Shown: in pieces, positions 13,627 to 23,650 of the stretch
How positions within the stretch are numbered: position 1 is the stretch's first letter
Layout of the letters: each line of letters starts with the position of its first letter
From: Mustelus asterias
Taxonomy: Eukaryota
Length of the DNA: 64,000 nucleotides
Assembly (NCBI RefSeq): GCF_964213995.1
Contig: NW_027590119.1
Span: 1,612,001-1,676,000, forward strand
Direction: 5' to 3'
The notes under the pieces: generated by a model
The model's database searches: none
Told to the model about the DNA's origin: nothing
Seen by the model: the letters and a program-made list of their open reading frames with translations, nothing else
Program-made: the position numbers and the translations under genes

Positions 13627-13811
13627 TAGTCTGACAATATTTGGTTTGTTTCTGCTGACATTAACAATCACTACAACTGGCTGAAGTTTAATATTCTGAA
13701 ATGTCACTGATTTTCAGGGCTGCTGTGTCCCTTTTTGAAAGCACCATCTGTGAGTTTTTTTAATTCAGGAACGATCAACAGGACCGGGCACTGCACTGGC
13801 AAAGATATTCA

Positions 13812-14395
13812 TAGTAAGAGATTTAACAACACCAGGTTAAAGTCCAACAGGTTTATTTGGTAGCAAATGCCATTAGCTTTCGGAGCGCTGCTCCTTCATC
13901 AGATGGAGTGGAAATCTGCTCTCAAACAGGACACAGAGACACAAAATCAAGTTACAGAATACTGATTAGAATGCGAAGCTCTACAGCCAACCAGGTCTTA
14001 AGGATACAGACAATGTGAGTGGAGGGAGCATTAAGCACAGGTTAAAGAGATGGAGGGAGCATAAAGCACAGGTTAAAGAGATTTGTATTGTCTCCAGACA
14101 GGACAGCCAGTGAGATTTTGCAAGTCCAGGCAAGCTGTGGGGGTTTCTGATAGTGTGACATGAACCCAATATCCTGGTTGAGGCCGTCCTCATGTGTGCG
14201 GAACGTGGCTATCAGTTTCTGCTCAGCGACTCTGAGCTGTCGTGTGTCGTGAAGGCCGCCTTGGAGAACGCTTACCCGAAGATCAGAGGCTGAATGCCCG
14301 TGACCGCTGAAGTGCTCCCCCACAGGAAGAGAACAGTCTTGCCTGGTGATTGTCGAGCGGTGTTCATTCATCCGTCGTCGTAGCGTCTGCATGGT
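13812..14395 (-). mobile_element. PLE 3' fragment with GIY-YIG endonuclease C-terminus
   Basis: ORF 14042-14392 QTLRRRMNEHR..PVGEHFS..GH..AEQKLI..GLN followed by pLTR. Confidence 0.9.
13869..13911 (-). ncRNA. Minimal type I hammerhead ribozyme motif
   Basis: ccat-CTGATGA-a-ggagc-agc-gctcc-GAAA-gc-ta-atgg. Confidence 0.75.
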
Positions 14396-14604
14396 GCTGG
14401 CAGCTAATTAGTGGAAAGTATCACTCGTGTAACCACGACATAGTCACAGAATGAAACAGATTAGTGTTCCCTCTGTATTGTGCAGCCTTGTGATTGTGCT
14501 AAAGGCCATCACTTTCAGATCTGAAAAGTGCCTGGGTCAAGGTCAAATTACCCCAGAAAGGGAAAATTTCTCTCAAATCTGAAGCAACAGGCGAAGCAAA
14601 TCAT

Positions 14605-14775
14605 TTCACACTGAAACACATCTTCAACGTTGCGGTAGTTTGTTCAGTTACACACTTGGTGGTCACGTAAGTCTGGTTGTTGCATTCCTGAGCCTCATTG
14701 GAGGGATTCCTCACATGAGCCGAGTTTGAGGAGAGTATCTCTGGCCTCCAGTGATGCAGCCGCTGAATCTATTCC
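14605..14775 (-). mobile_element. PIF/Harbinger (HARBI1-like) transposase relic
   Basis: Minus strand translates as YSPQTRLM / RNPSNEAQECNNQTYVTTKCVTEQTTATLKMCF, resembling the GYPLxxWLMTP..E..YN..H..TR..IE..G.LK.RF motif. Confidence 0.6.
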
Positions 14776-14829
14776 TGGAAAAAACACATTTGGAATATTG
14801 TGATAATGCTGTCTGAATCCATCAGGACA

Positions 14830-14975
14830 ATTTTGTATTCAAGTGTGGGGGGGATAATGTTCACTGTTTTATATTCGGGTCAGGGGGATAATGTTCACTG
14901 TTTTATATTCAGGTCTGCGGGGAGAATGTTCACTACTTTATATTCGGGTCTGGGAGATAATGTTCACTGTCTGGG
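14830..14975. repeat. ~39-bp minisatellite x4
   Basis: Repeated gggggataatgttcactgttttatattcgggtc. Confidence 0.85.
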
Positions 14976-15899
14976 GTTTGTTAGCTCGGGTTGGTTCTGC
15001 CTACGGTGCATTCTCGGTTGTCAGAGCTCTCATTAAAAGCCCTGATTTCCAGTCAGTGACTGAGTTGTCTCTGATGGGATGGAGAATCAGAGTGGGGGTA
15101 ATGTGCTCATGGACAGCGATGGGTTGGAATGAGTATAAAATAAACCCGGACTACACCAGGTAATTGTCAGAACATTAAAACAATCACAAAAAATCAGAGC
15201 ACCATGTTGGAAAACAGAATTCTTTGGCTCAATCTTTGAACAATTTTGTTTGATTCAATATTTTGAGTGGCTTGTTGGATTGCTGGTTACTTTCTAACAG
15301 CAGCTCAGCACCATCATTTTGACCATAAACTCGGCCCTGGTGACTGCTGCATTTTTCCAGCACCTTCTGTTTTAATTTTAAGTGGAACCTTAATATCTGC
15401 TTAGTACACAGGCCAATTTATCTTTCTAGGGGTGAGTGTGTCTGAGAGGTATGCAACTGGAAAACATTTTCCATTCACCTCCTGCATTGTTGCAGTATAT
15501 ATACATTGTTCTCACTCTGCCAGCAGGGCTGTGGGATTAACTGGACAGATCTTAAAGACAGGCCGACTGGGCAGGATGAGCCAAATGGTTTCCATCTGTG
15601 ATGTATCATTTCATAAAACAGAATATTCAGCATCAGGAGAAAGAAAGTGAAAGAAACCAGTCTCTGTGGGATTTACCCAACCAGTATGAGCACCTTCAGG
15701 AGAGCAAAGAGAGGGGAGGAAACCAGTGGGAAAAGGTTTAAAAACTCGGGGTATTCCCACAGGAGAGCACTGGTTTAAATCAATTTTAGAAATGGAGAAT
15801 GGCAGCGCACAAATTCCGAGGAATGCATTTTTTAAAACTATTTGATCTTAATTGCACAAGATATTTTTCTATTATTGTCTTTGACAATGACGCCGTTAA

Positions 15900-16186
15900 T
15901 TCCCAGGTGCCCTTGCGGGTATGAAAGTGTGCTATTCATTCCACAGGAGCCCATTGCGCAGGCGCGCTGCTCTATCTGGAGCGTGCGCAGTGTCATTTTG
16001 CTCGGAGCCCTGTGAGTGCGGGAGCCGCTTTTTTCAGCGGGTGAGTCGGTGGGGCTGCGGGAGAAATCGAGCCGGGAGTCGGGGTCGGGAGGGAGCTCTG
16101 GCTTCACAAACACCCGCTGTAGGCCGCACGGCCCGAATAAGACCCTGCAGGTCCCGGGTTTACAGCTCCCAGGCTTTAATCTCTGG
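15900..16186 (+). promoter_or_regulatory. CpG island with likely non-coding first exon (left half, split by PLE)
   Basis: TGCGCAGGCGC motifs and a GTGAGT donor at ~16040. Confidence 0.6.
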
Positions 16187-16342
16187 AAGAAGTTTAACAC
16201 CAGGTTAAAGTCCAACAGGTTTATTTGGTTGCAAAAGCCACACAAGCCACACTACCAAATAAACCTGTTGGACTTTAACCTGGTGTTGTTAAACTTCTTA
16301 CTGTCTTTACCCCGCCCAACGCCGGCATCTCCACATCATGAC
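16187..16342. mobile_element. Hairpin mini-PLE (inverted pLTR ends)
   Basis: aacaccaggttaaagtccaacaggtttatttggt ... accaaataaacctgttggactttaacctggtgtt inverted repeat. Confidence 0.85.
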
Positions 16343-16371
16343 TTTAATCTCGGGAAGAAGTTAATCTCGGG

Positions 16372-18733
16372 AAGAAGTTTAACAACACCAGGTTAAAGTC
16401 CAACAGGTTTATTTGGTAGCAAAAGCCTCACAAGCTTTCGGAGCCCCAAGCCCCTTCTTCAGGTGAGTGGGAATTCTGCTCACAAACAGGACATATAAAG
16501 ACACAAACTCAATTTCCATGAATAATGGTTGGAATGCGAATACTTACAGCTAATCAAGTCTTTAAGATACAAACAATGTGAGTGGAGAGAGCATCAAGAC
16601 AGGCTAAAGAGATGTGTATTGTCTCTAGACAGGACAGCCAGTGAAACTCTGCAGGTCCAGGCAGGCTGTGGGGATTACAAATAGTGTGACATGAACCCAA
16701 TATCCCGGTTGAGGCCGTCCTCATGTGTGCGGAACTTGGCTATCAGTTTCTGCTCAGCGACTCTGCGCCGTCGTGTTTCGTGAAGGCCGCCTTGGAGAAT
16801 GCTTAGCCGAAGATCAGAGGCTGAATGCCCGTGACCGCTGAAGGTTAAACAGGTTCGAGAGGGAAAATCACTCTGGACAGGAAAGAGTTTTTCAAAGTGA
16901 TCCGTGCTGGATTCAGACTGACACCAAACACTTTGACTGGATCCAGAGGAATGAGATCCAAAGAGACCGTTACCTCCAGCTGCAGAGATCAGCTTCATCC
17001 ATCCGAGTGTCTGATCCGGGACCAGTAAACCATTCCGGGGAGACTGTCACCGACAGAGCTCAGTATCCCGATCCGTTGTCGGTACACTTCTTTGCAGTAA
17101 TCCGTTCTGTTCAGTATGACGATGGCCCCTCCTTTGCTGGTTTGATGACAATGTTGCGGTTGGATTTGAGAGCGTAAATGGCGTTGCGTTGTGCTTGGGT
17201 GATGCTCGGGGCTGTCTTGTGAGTGCGGCTGATGAATTTGGTGTTGACGCAGTGAAGAAGTCTTGTTTGAACCTGTGCATGAAGATGTTGGCATATTGAG
17301 GTGCGAATTTGGTCCCCATGGCTGTTCCATATGTCTGGATGAAGAATTGGTTGTTGAAGGTGAAGATATTGTGGTCCAGGATGAAGCGGATGAGTTGTAA
17401 AATTGCATCTGAAAACTGGCAGTTGTCGGTGTTGAGTACTGAGGCCGTTGCAGTGATGCTATCGTCGTGAGGGATGCTGGTGTAGAGTGCCGAGACATGC
17501 ATTGTGACGAGGAGTGCTCCTGGTTCAACTGCTCCATGTGTGCTGAGTTTCTGTAGGAAGTCCGTAGTGTCGCGACAAAAGCTGGGGGTTCTTTGTACAA
17601 TGGGTTTCAGGATGCCCTCGACATAGCCGGAGAGGTTCTCGCACAGGGTCCCATTGCCCGATACGATGGGACGGCCGGGTGTGTTTGCCTTGTGTATCTT
17701 TGGGAGGCAGTAGAGATCTCCAACACGGGGAGTACGTGGGATGAGAGCACGGAGGGTGCTCTGAAGGTCCGGATCAAAGGTCTTGATCAGAGTGTTGAGT
17801 TGACGGGTGTGTTCTTTGGTTGGATCTGTGGGTAACTGTCTGTAGTGTTCCTCGTTGTTTAGTTGTCGGTACACTTCTTTGCAGCAATCCATTCTGTTCA
17901 GTATGACGATGGCCCCTCCTTTGTCTGCTGGTTTGATGACAATGTTGCGGTTGGACTTGAGAGCGCGGATGGTGTTGCGTTGTGCTTGGGTGGCGTTCGG
18001 GGCTGTCTTATGAGTGCGGCTGATGAATTTGGTGTTGACGCACCTCCTGATGGCTTGGGCATACATGTCAAGTCGAGGGCAGTGGCCTTCCGGAGGAGTC
18101 CAATTCGACTCTTTCCTCTTCGGATGCACTGCGGATCTCTCTGTCGGCTGTTCCGGTTCATTGGCTGTCTCATTGTGTTTGCTGATGGCCTCTTGGGGTT
18201 TGTGGAAGAACTCCCACAGCCTCATTCGCCTGATGAATTCCTCTGTGTCTGCTGTGAGACTGATGGGGTCTATTTTGGTGGTGGGGCAAAAATTAAGCCC
18301 TCGGCTGAGAACTTCGATTTCATCTGGTTGAAGTGTGTAGTCGGACAAGTTGACAATGGACTTCCCTGCAGTGGTAATGTTTTCTACTGTGGTACCGGGG
18401 GAGGCTTGGTTGCTGCTGGTGGTGATGCCGAGTTTCTCAAGTTTCCTGTTCTTGGTGAGCATGTAGATGGTGTAGTTCCTTTGTCTCGTCTGCTTGGCAG
18501 AGTTTCGCAGCTGGTCTGCATCCTGAGCGCAAGTTGAGAATATGGATTCTCTCTTGGTTTCCAGACTGCGGCGTTTGCTGTAGAGCTGGTGTATGAGGTG
18601 TTTGAGGAGTGTGAGAGAGGTGCGACGGCAAAGTGTCTCAGCGTAGTCTGTGTTATAGGTTGACCTGAGTGGGTTCGTGATCTGTCGTCCTTTCAGTATC
18701 TTGCTTGCTTTCTTGCATCTTTGTAGAAGATCA
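16372..18733 (-). mobile_element. Rearranged Penelope-like retroelement
   Basis: ORF 17047-18771 has PLE RT motifs (LSRGLNFCP, KPADKGG, LPKIHK..PGRPIVS, LYTSIPH, GTAMG..AP.YANIFM); GIY-YIG C-terminus at 16675-16842; pLTR; flanked by TTTAATCTCGGGAA. Confidence 0.92.
16427..16467 (-). ncRNA. Minimal type I hammerhead ribozyme motif, second variant
   Basis: ctcac-CTGAAGA-a-ggggc-ttggg-gctcc-GAAA-gc-tt-gtgag. Confidence 0.75.
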
Positions 18734-18900
18734 TTTAATCTCGGGAACAGGCCCCGGTTATCAGCCGCCATCTTGTTTCAGCGGGGAAGGAGAGCGCATG
18801 CGCTGCTGTCTGTGACGGGTCACGATGGACGTGGTTTCAGGGGCTGGTTCAGAACCTCTGTCTTCAGATGGACAATAGGTAGCAGGGCGCATGTGCAGCT
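18734..18900. promoter_or_regulatory. Right half of CpG island with YY1 and NRF1 sites
   Basis: GCCGCCATCTTG at 18764-18775; GCGCATGCGC at 18794-18803. Confidence 0.7.
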
Positions 18901-19244
18901 ATCCAAGAACATCGGAGTAAGGACATAAGAATTCGCAACAGGAGCCCGTCATTCGGCCCATCGAGCCTGCTGCATCATTCAATAAGATCATGTCTACTTT
19001 GCTCCCCCCACCCCGTCCATACCCTTGACTTTCTTGTGGATCAAAACCTCAGCTTTGAATATATTCAATGACCTGCCTCCAATCCTCACTGGTGAAGACA
19101 GAGTTCCAAAGATCAACAACCCGCTGAGAGAAAAGATCTCTCTTCATCTTCATCTTAAATTTGAGATCCTTTATTTTTACTTTATTTCCACACCAGAGGA
19201 AACATCCTCTCAGCATCGACCTTGTCAAGCGCCTTATATCATAT

Positions 19245-19532
19245 GAATCACAGAATCCCTACAGTGCAGAAGGAGGCCATTTGGCCCATCGAGTCTGCAC
19301 AGACCACAATCCCACCCAGGCCCCATCCCCATTTGACACTAGGGTCAATTTAGCATCGCCAATCCACCTAACCCGCACATCTTTGAACTGCGGGAGGAAA
19401 CCGGAACACCTGGAGGAAACCCACACAGATATGGGGAGAATGTGCAAACTCCATCCAGACAGTGACCCAAGGCCGGAATTGAACCTGGGACACTGGCGCT
19501 GTGAGGCAGCAGTGCTAGCCATCATGCCGCCC
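19245..19532 (-). mobile_element. HE1/V-SINE-type SINE nested in a CR1 3' fragment (~18915-19695)
   Basis: Full head/core/tail; LINE tail sequence continues on both sides. Confidence 0.8.
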
Positions 19533-20081
19533 TTAAATTCCCAGATGTTTTATTAAGATTACTTCTCGGTCTTCTAAACTCCAAAGAGTACAGGCCCCAG
19601 CTGCTCAACCTGAAAGATAAAACTCCTCATTTCAGGAATCAACCAACTGGATCTTCCCTGAACTGCCTCCACTGCAATTCTATCCCAGCTAAAGTAATTC
19701 TGTGCCAGGTTAAAGGAGGAGGGAATGTCTTGAAGTTCTGTTCTGGACAGATGCTGATGGATTTTGGAAACTCCTTTTACAGGGGGTTAGAAGGGAAAGA
19801 TTTACTCACAGCAAACTCAGACCAAAAGAAATGTTTGTCTGTCTTGAATTTCTAACCTTGAATTACACCTATAACATTCCTCATTTACAGGGAGAAGATT
19901 TGAAGATTGCAACATTTTTCCCGGACACCAATCTCGCTGAGATCTTTTCAGCTGCAGCAAATTTTAAAATGTGAAAACAGTGAAATTGTTTTGAGGTGAG
20001 TGTTAGTGAGCATTAATTTAAATTCAGAGCATGCTCTGATTCCATGGATCTCGGGCTATTGTGACTCCTTTACCATGGATG

Positions 20082-21282
20082 GGCAGGCAATGGTGCAGTG
20101 ATAGTAATACAGGGATCCAGGGCAATGCACTGTGAACCCTGGGTTCGAATCCCACAATGGCAAATGTTGAAATTTGAATTCAGTAAAAATCTAGAATTAG
20201 AAGTCCATTGATGACAATTGTTGTAAAAATCCATCTGATTTAATAATGTCCTTTAAAGAAGGGAATTACCACATCCCCCAGCAATGCAAGCCACTCAGTT
20301 CAAGGACAATGAGTTATGGGCAATAGATGCTGATGCAGCCAGCACATAGAGTCAGAGAGCAATACAGCATGGAAACAGGCCCTTGGGCCCAACTGATCCA
20401 TGCCAACCATGGTGCCCTCCCAGCTAGTCCCAATTGCCCATGTTTGGCTCATATCCCTCTAATCCTTTCCAATTCATGTACTTATCCAAATGCTTTTTAA
20501 ATGTTTAAACCTGCTGTTTGAACCTGCCTCAACCACTTTCTCTGGCAGCTCATTCCATGTACACACCACCCTCTGCATGAAGAAGTTGCCCCTCAGGTCC
20601 CTTTTAATCTTTCCCCTCTCACCTTAAACCTATGCCCTCTAGTTTTCAGTTCCCCTACCCTGGCAAAAAGACAATGTGGGTTCATCCTATCTATGCCCCT
20701 CATTATTTAACACACCTCAATATGGTCACCCCCATATTCTCCTACGTTCGAAGGAATAAATCCCTAGCCTGTCCAACCTCTCGCGATCACTCGGCAACAT
20801 CCTCATAAATCTTCTTTGCACTCTTTCCAGTTTATCAATGTCTTTCCTATTACAGGGTTACAAAAACTGTACACAATACTCCAAGTGCAGCCTCACCAAC
20901 GACTCATACAACTATAACACCCAACTCCTATACTCAGGATCATTGAACATATTCCAGTTAGACAGATCTTTGACTGACAAGGGTGTCAAGGGTTATGGGG
21001 AACAGACAAGAAGATGGAGCAAAAGCTAAGATGTGGGGGGATTTCTTCACTCAAGGATGTGGTGAAGATTTGGAATTCCCAACCCCTGAGGACAGTGAAG
21101 CCTCAGTCATCAACTATTTTCAAGAGAGAGATTGATTGGTTTCTAGATATTGAAGATATCAAGGGATATGGGTTTAGTGTGGGGAGAATGATGCTGAGGT
21201 AGATGAACGAATTATCTCATTGAATAGTTTAAAAGAATCGATGGGCCAAATGGCCGACTGCAGCTCCTATTTGTTATGGTCT
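20082..21282. mobile_element. tRNA-SINE relic (+ 20082-20345) and CR1 3' fragments (- 20345-20935, + 20935-21282)
   Basis: GGGTTCGAATCCC B-box; CR1 tail motifs. Confidence 0.7.
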
Positions 21283-21874
21283 CTGTGTCCAGGGCAGGAA
21301 GCAGTGAGCATGGATCTGTTAATCAGCCTCAATCAGCACCTTCAGGAGAATTGGGAGGGTGAATATTAGATACAGCAGAGTGAGAATGGAGGGAGAGTGT
21401 GTGGAATGGAGATTTACAGCTTTTTGGGACTGAAATAGGAAAGAATGTTCCATAGAAACTAGAATTGTCTGTTCTGAATTTCTATCCTGTACTGACACTG
21501 ATGACTTTTGTAAATTCATTTTACAGGATATTGAAAGAGGAATCACAGGCCGAAATCTCAAATGTCATGTCAGATCTGACAGTCATATTCCATGGGAGCT
21601 GAATATCATCAGCCATTGAATCTAGAAGGAGAAATGATTGTCCAGTTTGTCGATTTGAAAAGAGTTCGACCATCAGTGTGACTGGAAAAGCACCAACACA
21701 CGGCCACACTGGAGTGAGAGTGTTCTAGTGCTTGGACTAAAGAGCTTTAACCAGTTACACAGCCTGAATAAATATCACACCATTCACAGCGGGGAGAGAC
21801 TGTAATCTTGTTCTATGTGTGGACGAGGCTTTAAGTGATTGTCCACCCAAGACAGAGGTCAGGACACCTGCACC

Positions 21875-22549
21875 ATGGAGATACCATGGAAATGTGGGGA
21901 CTGTGGGAAGAGATACAGATCCCCATCACAGCTGGAAACTCATCGGCGCAGCCACACTGGGGACAAACCATTCACTTGCTCTCAGTGTGGGGAGGGATTC
22001 AGTCATTTATCCAGCCTGCGGACACACCAGCGAGTTCACACTGGGGAGAGACCGTTCACCTGCCCTCAGTGTGGGAAGGGATTCACTTGTTCATCCCACC
22101 TGCGGAGGCACCAGCGAGTTCACACGGTGGAGAGACCATTTACATGTCCTCAGTGTGGGAAGGGATTCACTTGTTCATCCCACCTGCAGACACACCAGCG
22201 AGTTCACACTGGGGAGAGGCCATTCAGCTGCTCTCATTGTGGGAAGGGATTCACTCAGTTATCCAACCTGCGGAAACACCAGCGAGTTCACACTGGGGAG
22301 ACGCCATTCAGCTGCTCTCAGTGTGGGGAGGGATTCACTTGTTCATCCAGTCTGCGGAGGCACCAGCGAGTTCACACCGGGGAGAGACCATTCACCTGCT
22401 CTGATTGTGGCAAGGGATTCAGTCAATCATCCAACCTGGTAAAGCACCAGCGAATTCACACTGGGGACAGGCCATTCACCTGCTCCGTGTGTGGGAAGGG
22501 ATTCACTCAGTCACCTCACCTGCTGAAACACCATCATGTTCACGAGTGA
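21875..22549 (+). CDS. C2H2 zinc-finger protein, 8 fingers
   Basis: Open ORF MEIPWKC...; gcaccATGg Kozak; acceptor ttttacag at ~21526; close paralog of 9301-9975. Confidence 0.9.
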   Translation: MEIPWKCGDCGKRYRSPSQLETHRRSHTGDKPFTCSQCGEGFSHLSSLRTHQRVHTGERPFTCPQCGKGFTCSSHLRRHQRVHTVERPFTCPQCGKGFTCSSHLQTHQRVHTGERPFSCSHCGKGFTQLSNLRKHQRVHTGETPFSCSQCGEGFTCSSSLRRHQRVHTGERPFTCSDCGKGFSQSSNLVKHQRIHTGDRPFTCSVCGKGFTQSPHLLKHHHVHE

Positions 22550-22826
22550 CTGCAAGGACTGAATTTTGCTGTTAATCACATCGAGGTCCCAACCATTTTC
22601 ATTGGTGTCTGTTTCTGCTGATGTTAATAAACCCGAGCCCAGTTGTAAGATTTGTATTGTGGATTGTCTTGTCTGAGTCCTGAACTCGTAAATAAAAACA
22701 AGAAGTGCTGTAAAAACTCAGCAGGTCTGACAGCATCTCTGGAGAGAGAAACAGAGCGAATGTTTTGACACAGAAGAAGAGTCACATTCAACTGGAAACA
22801 TTAACTGTTCCTGTCTTTACAGATAC

Positions 22827-22985
22827 TCATGATGTGGAGATGCCGGCGTTGGACTGGGGTAAACACAGTAAGAAGTTTAACAACACCAGGTTAAAGTCCA
22901 ACAGGTTTATTTATTGGTGTGGCTTTTGCTACCAAATAAACCTGTTGGACTTTAACCTGGTGTTGTTAAACTTCTTACTGTGTTT
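22827..22985. mobile_element. Hairpin mini-PLE
   Basis: ~55-bp inverted repeat of the pLTR end. Confidence 0.85.
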
Positions 22986-22991
22986 ACAGAT

Positions 22992-23340
22992 TTTTTAATT
23001 TTTGTTTATACTTTTCCAATTCAATCAAATCAAGTCCAATTCAGAGTCTCAACAAGTTGAGAGATCTCAGATCCAGGCTGACAAGACAGGGCGAGCGACC
23101 AAACCACCCTGTCCTGGGCCTGATCTACATGAGCCAAGCTGATTGGAGAAGGGGGAGGTTCCTCTTCCAAGACTTGAGCTCATTTGCATCTTAGCCAAAA
23201 GGCCGAGATGCCGCTTTAAAAAATTGCTTCATATGAAACATATGAAGCTTCAGTGTAACCTAATGACCTCAACCAAGTGCGGCCGACCATGGGCTGCTGA
23301 CCATACTACACTTGATCTTAGCCAAAAGGCCGAGAAGCGA
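22992..23340 (-). mobile_element. U2 snRNA-headed, A-tailed short retroelement (SINEU/Keno-like candidate)
   Basis: 23303-23340 reverse complement equals U2 nt 2-39; internal second U2 piece at 23188-23208; A-rich tail at ~22992-23015. Confidence 0.7.
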
Positions 23341-23344
23341 CTGT

Positions 23345-23650
23345 AAGAAGTCTCAAATATTCTGTCTGGAGACAATACACATTTCTTTAACTGTGCTTAA
23401 TGTTCCCTCCACCCACATTGTCTGTACATTTAAGACCTGGCTGGCTGTAGGATTTGCATTCTAATCAGTATTCTGCAACTTGATTTTGTCTGTTTGCACT
23501 GTTTGAGAGCACATTTCCACTCCATCTGACGAAGGAGCAGTGCTCCGAAAGCTTATGGTATTTGCTGCCAAATAAACCTGTTGGACTTTAACCTGGTGTT
23601 GTGAGACTTCTTACCGTGTTCACCCCAGTCCAACGCCGGCATCTCCACAT
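23345..23650 (+). mobile_element. PLE pLTR fragment with hammerhead at 23522-23558
   Basis: ccat-CTGACGA-a-ggagc-agt-gctcc-GAAA-gc-tt-atgg followed by the pLTR end. Confidence 0.85.

Noticed and set aside
23303-23340. Functional U2 snRNA gene
   Set aside because: Only nt 2-39 are present, with no 3' domain and no upstream PSE context
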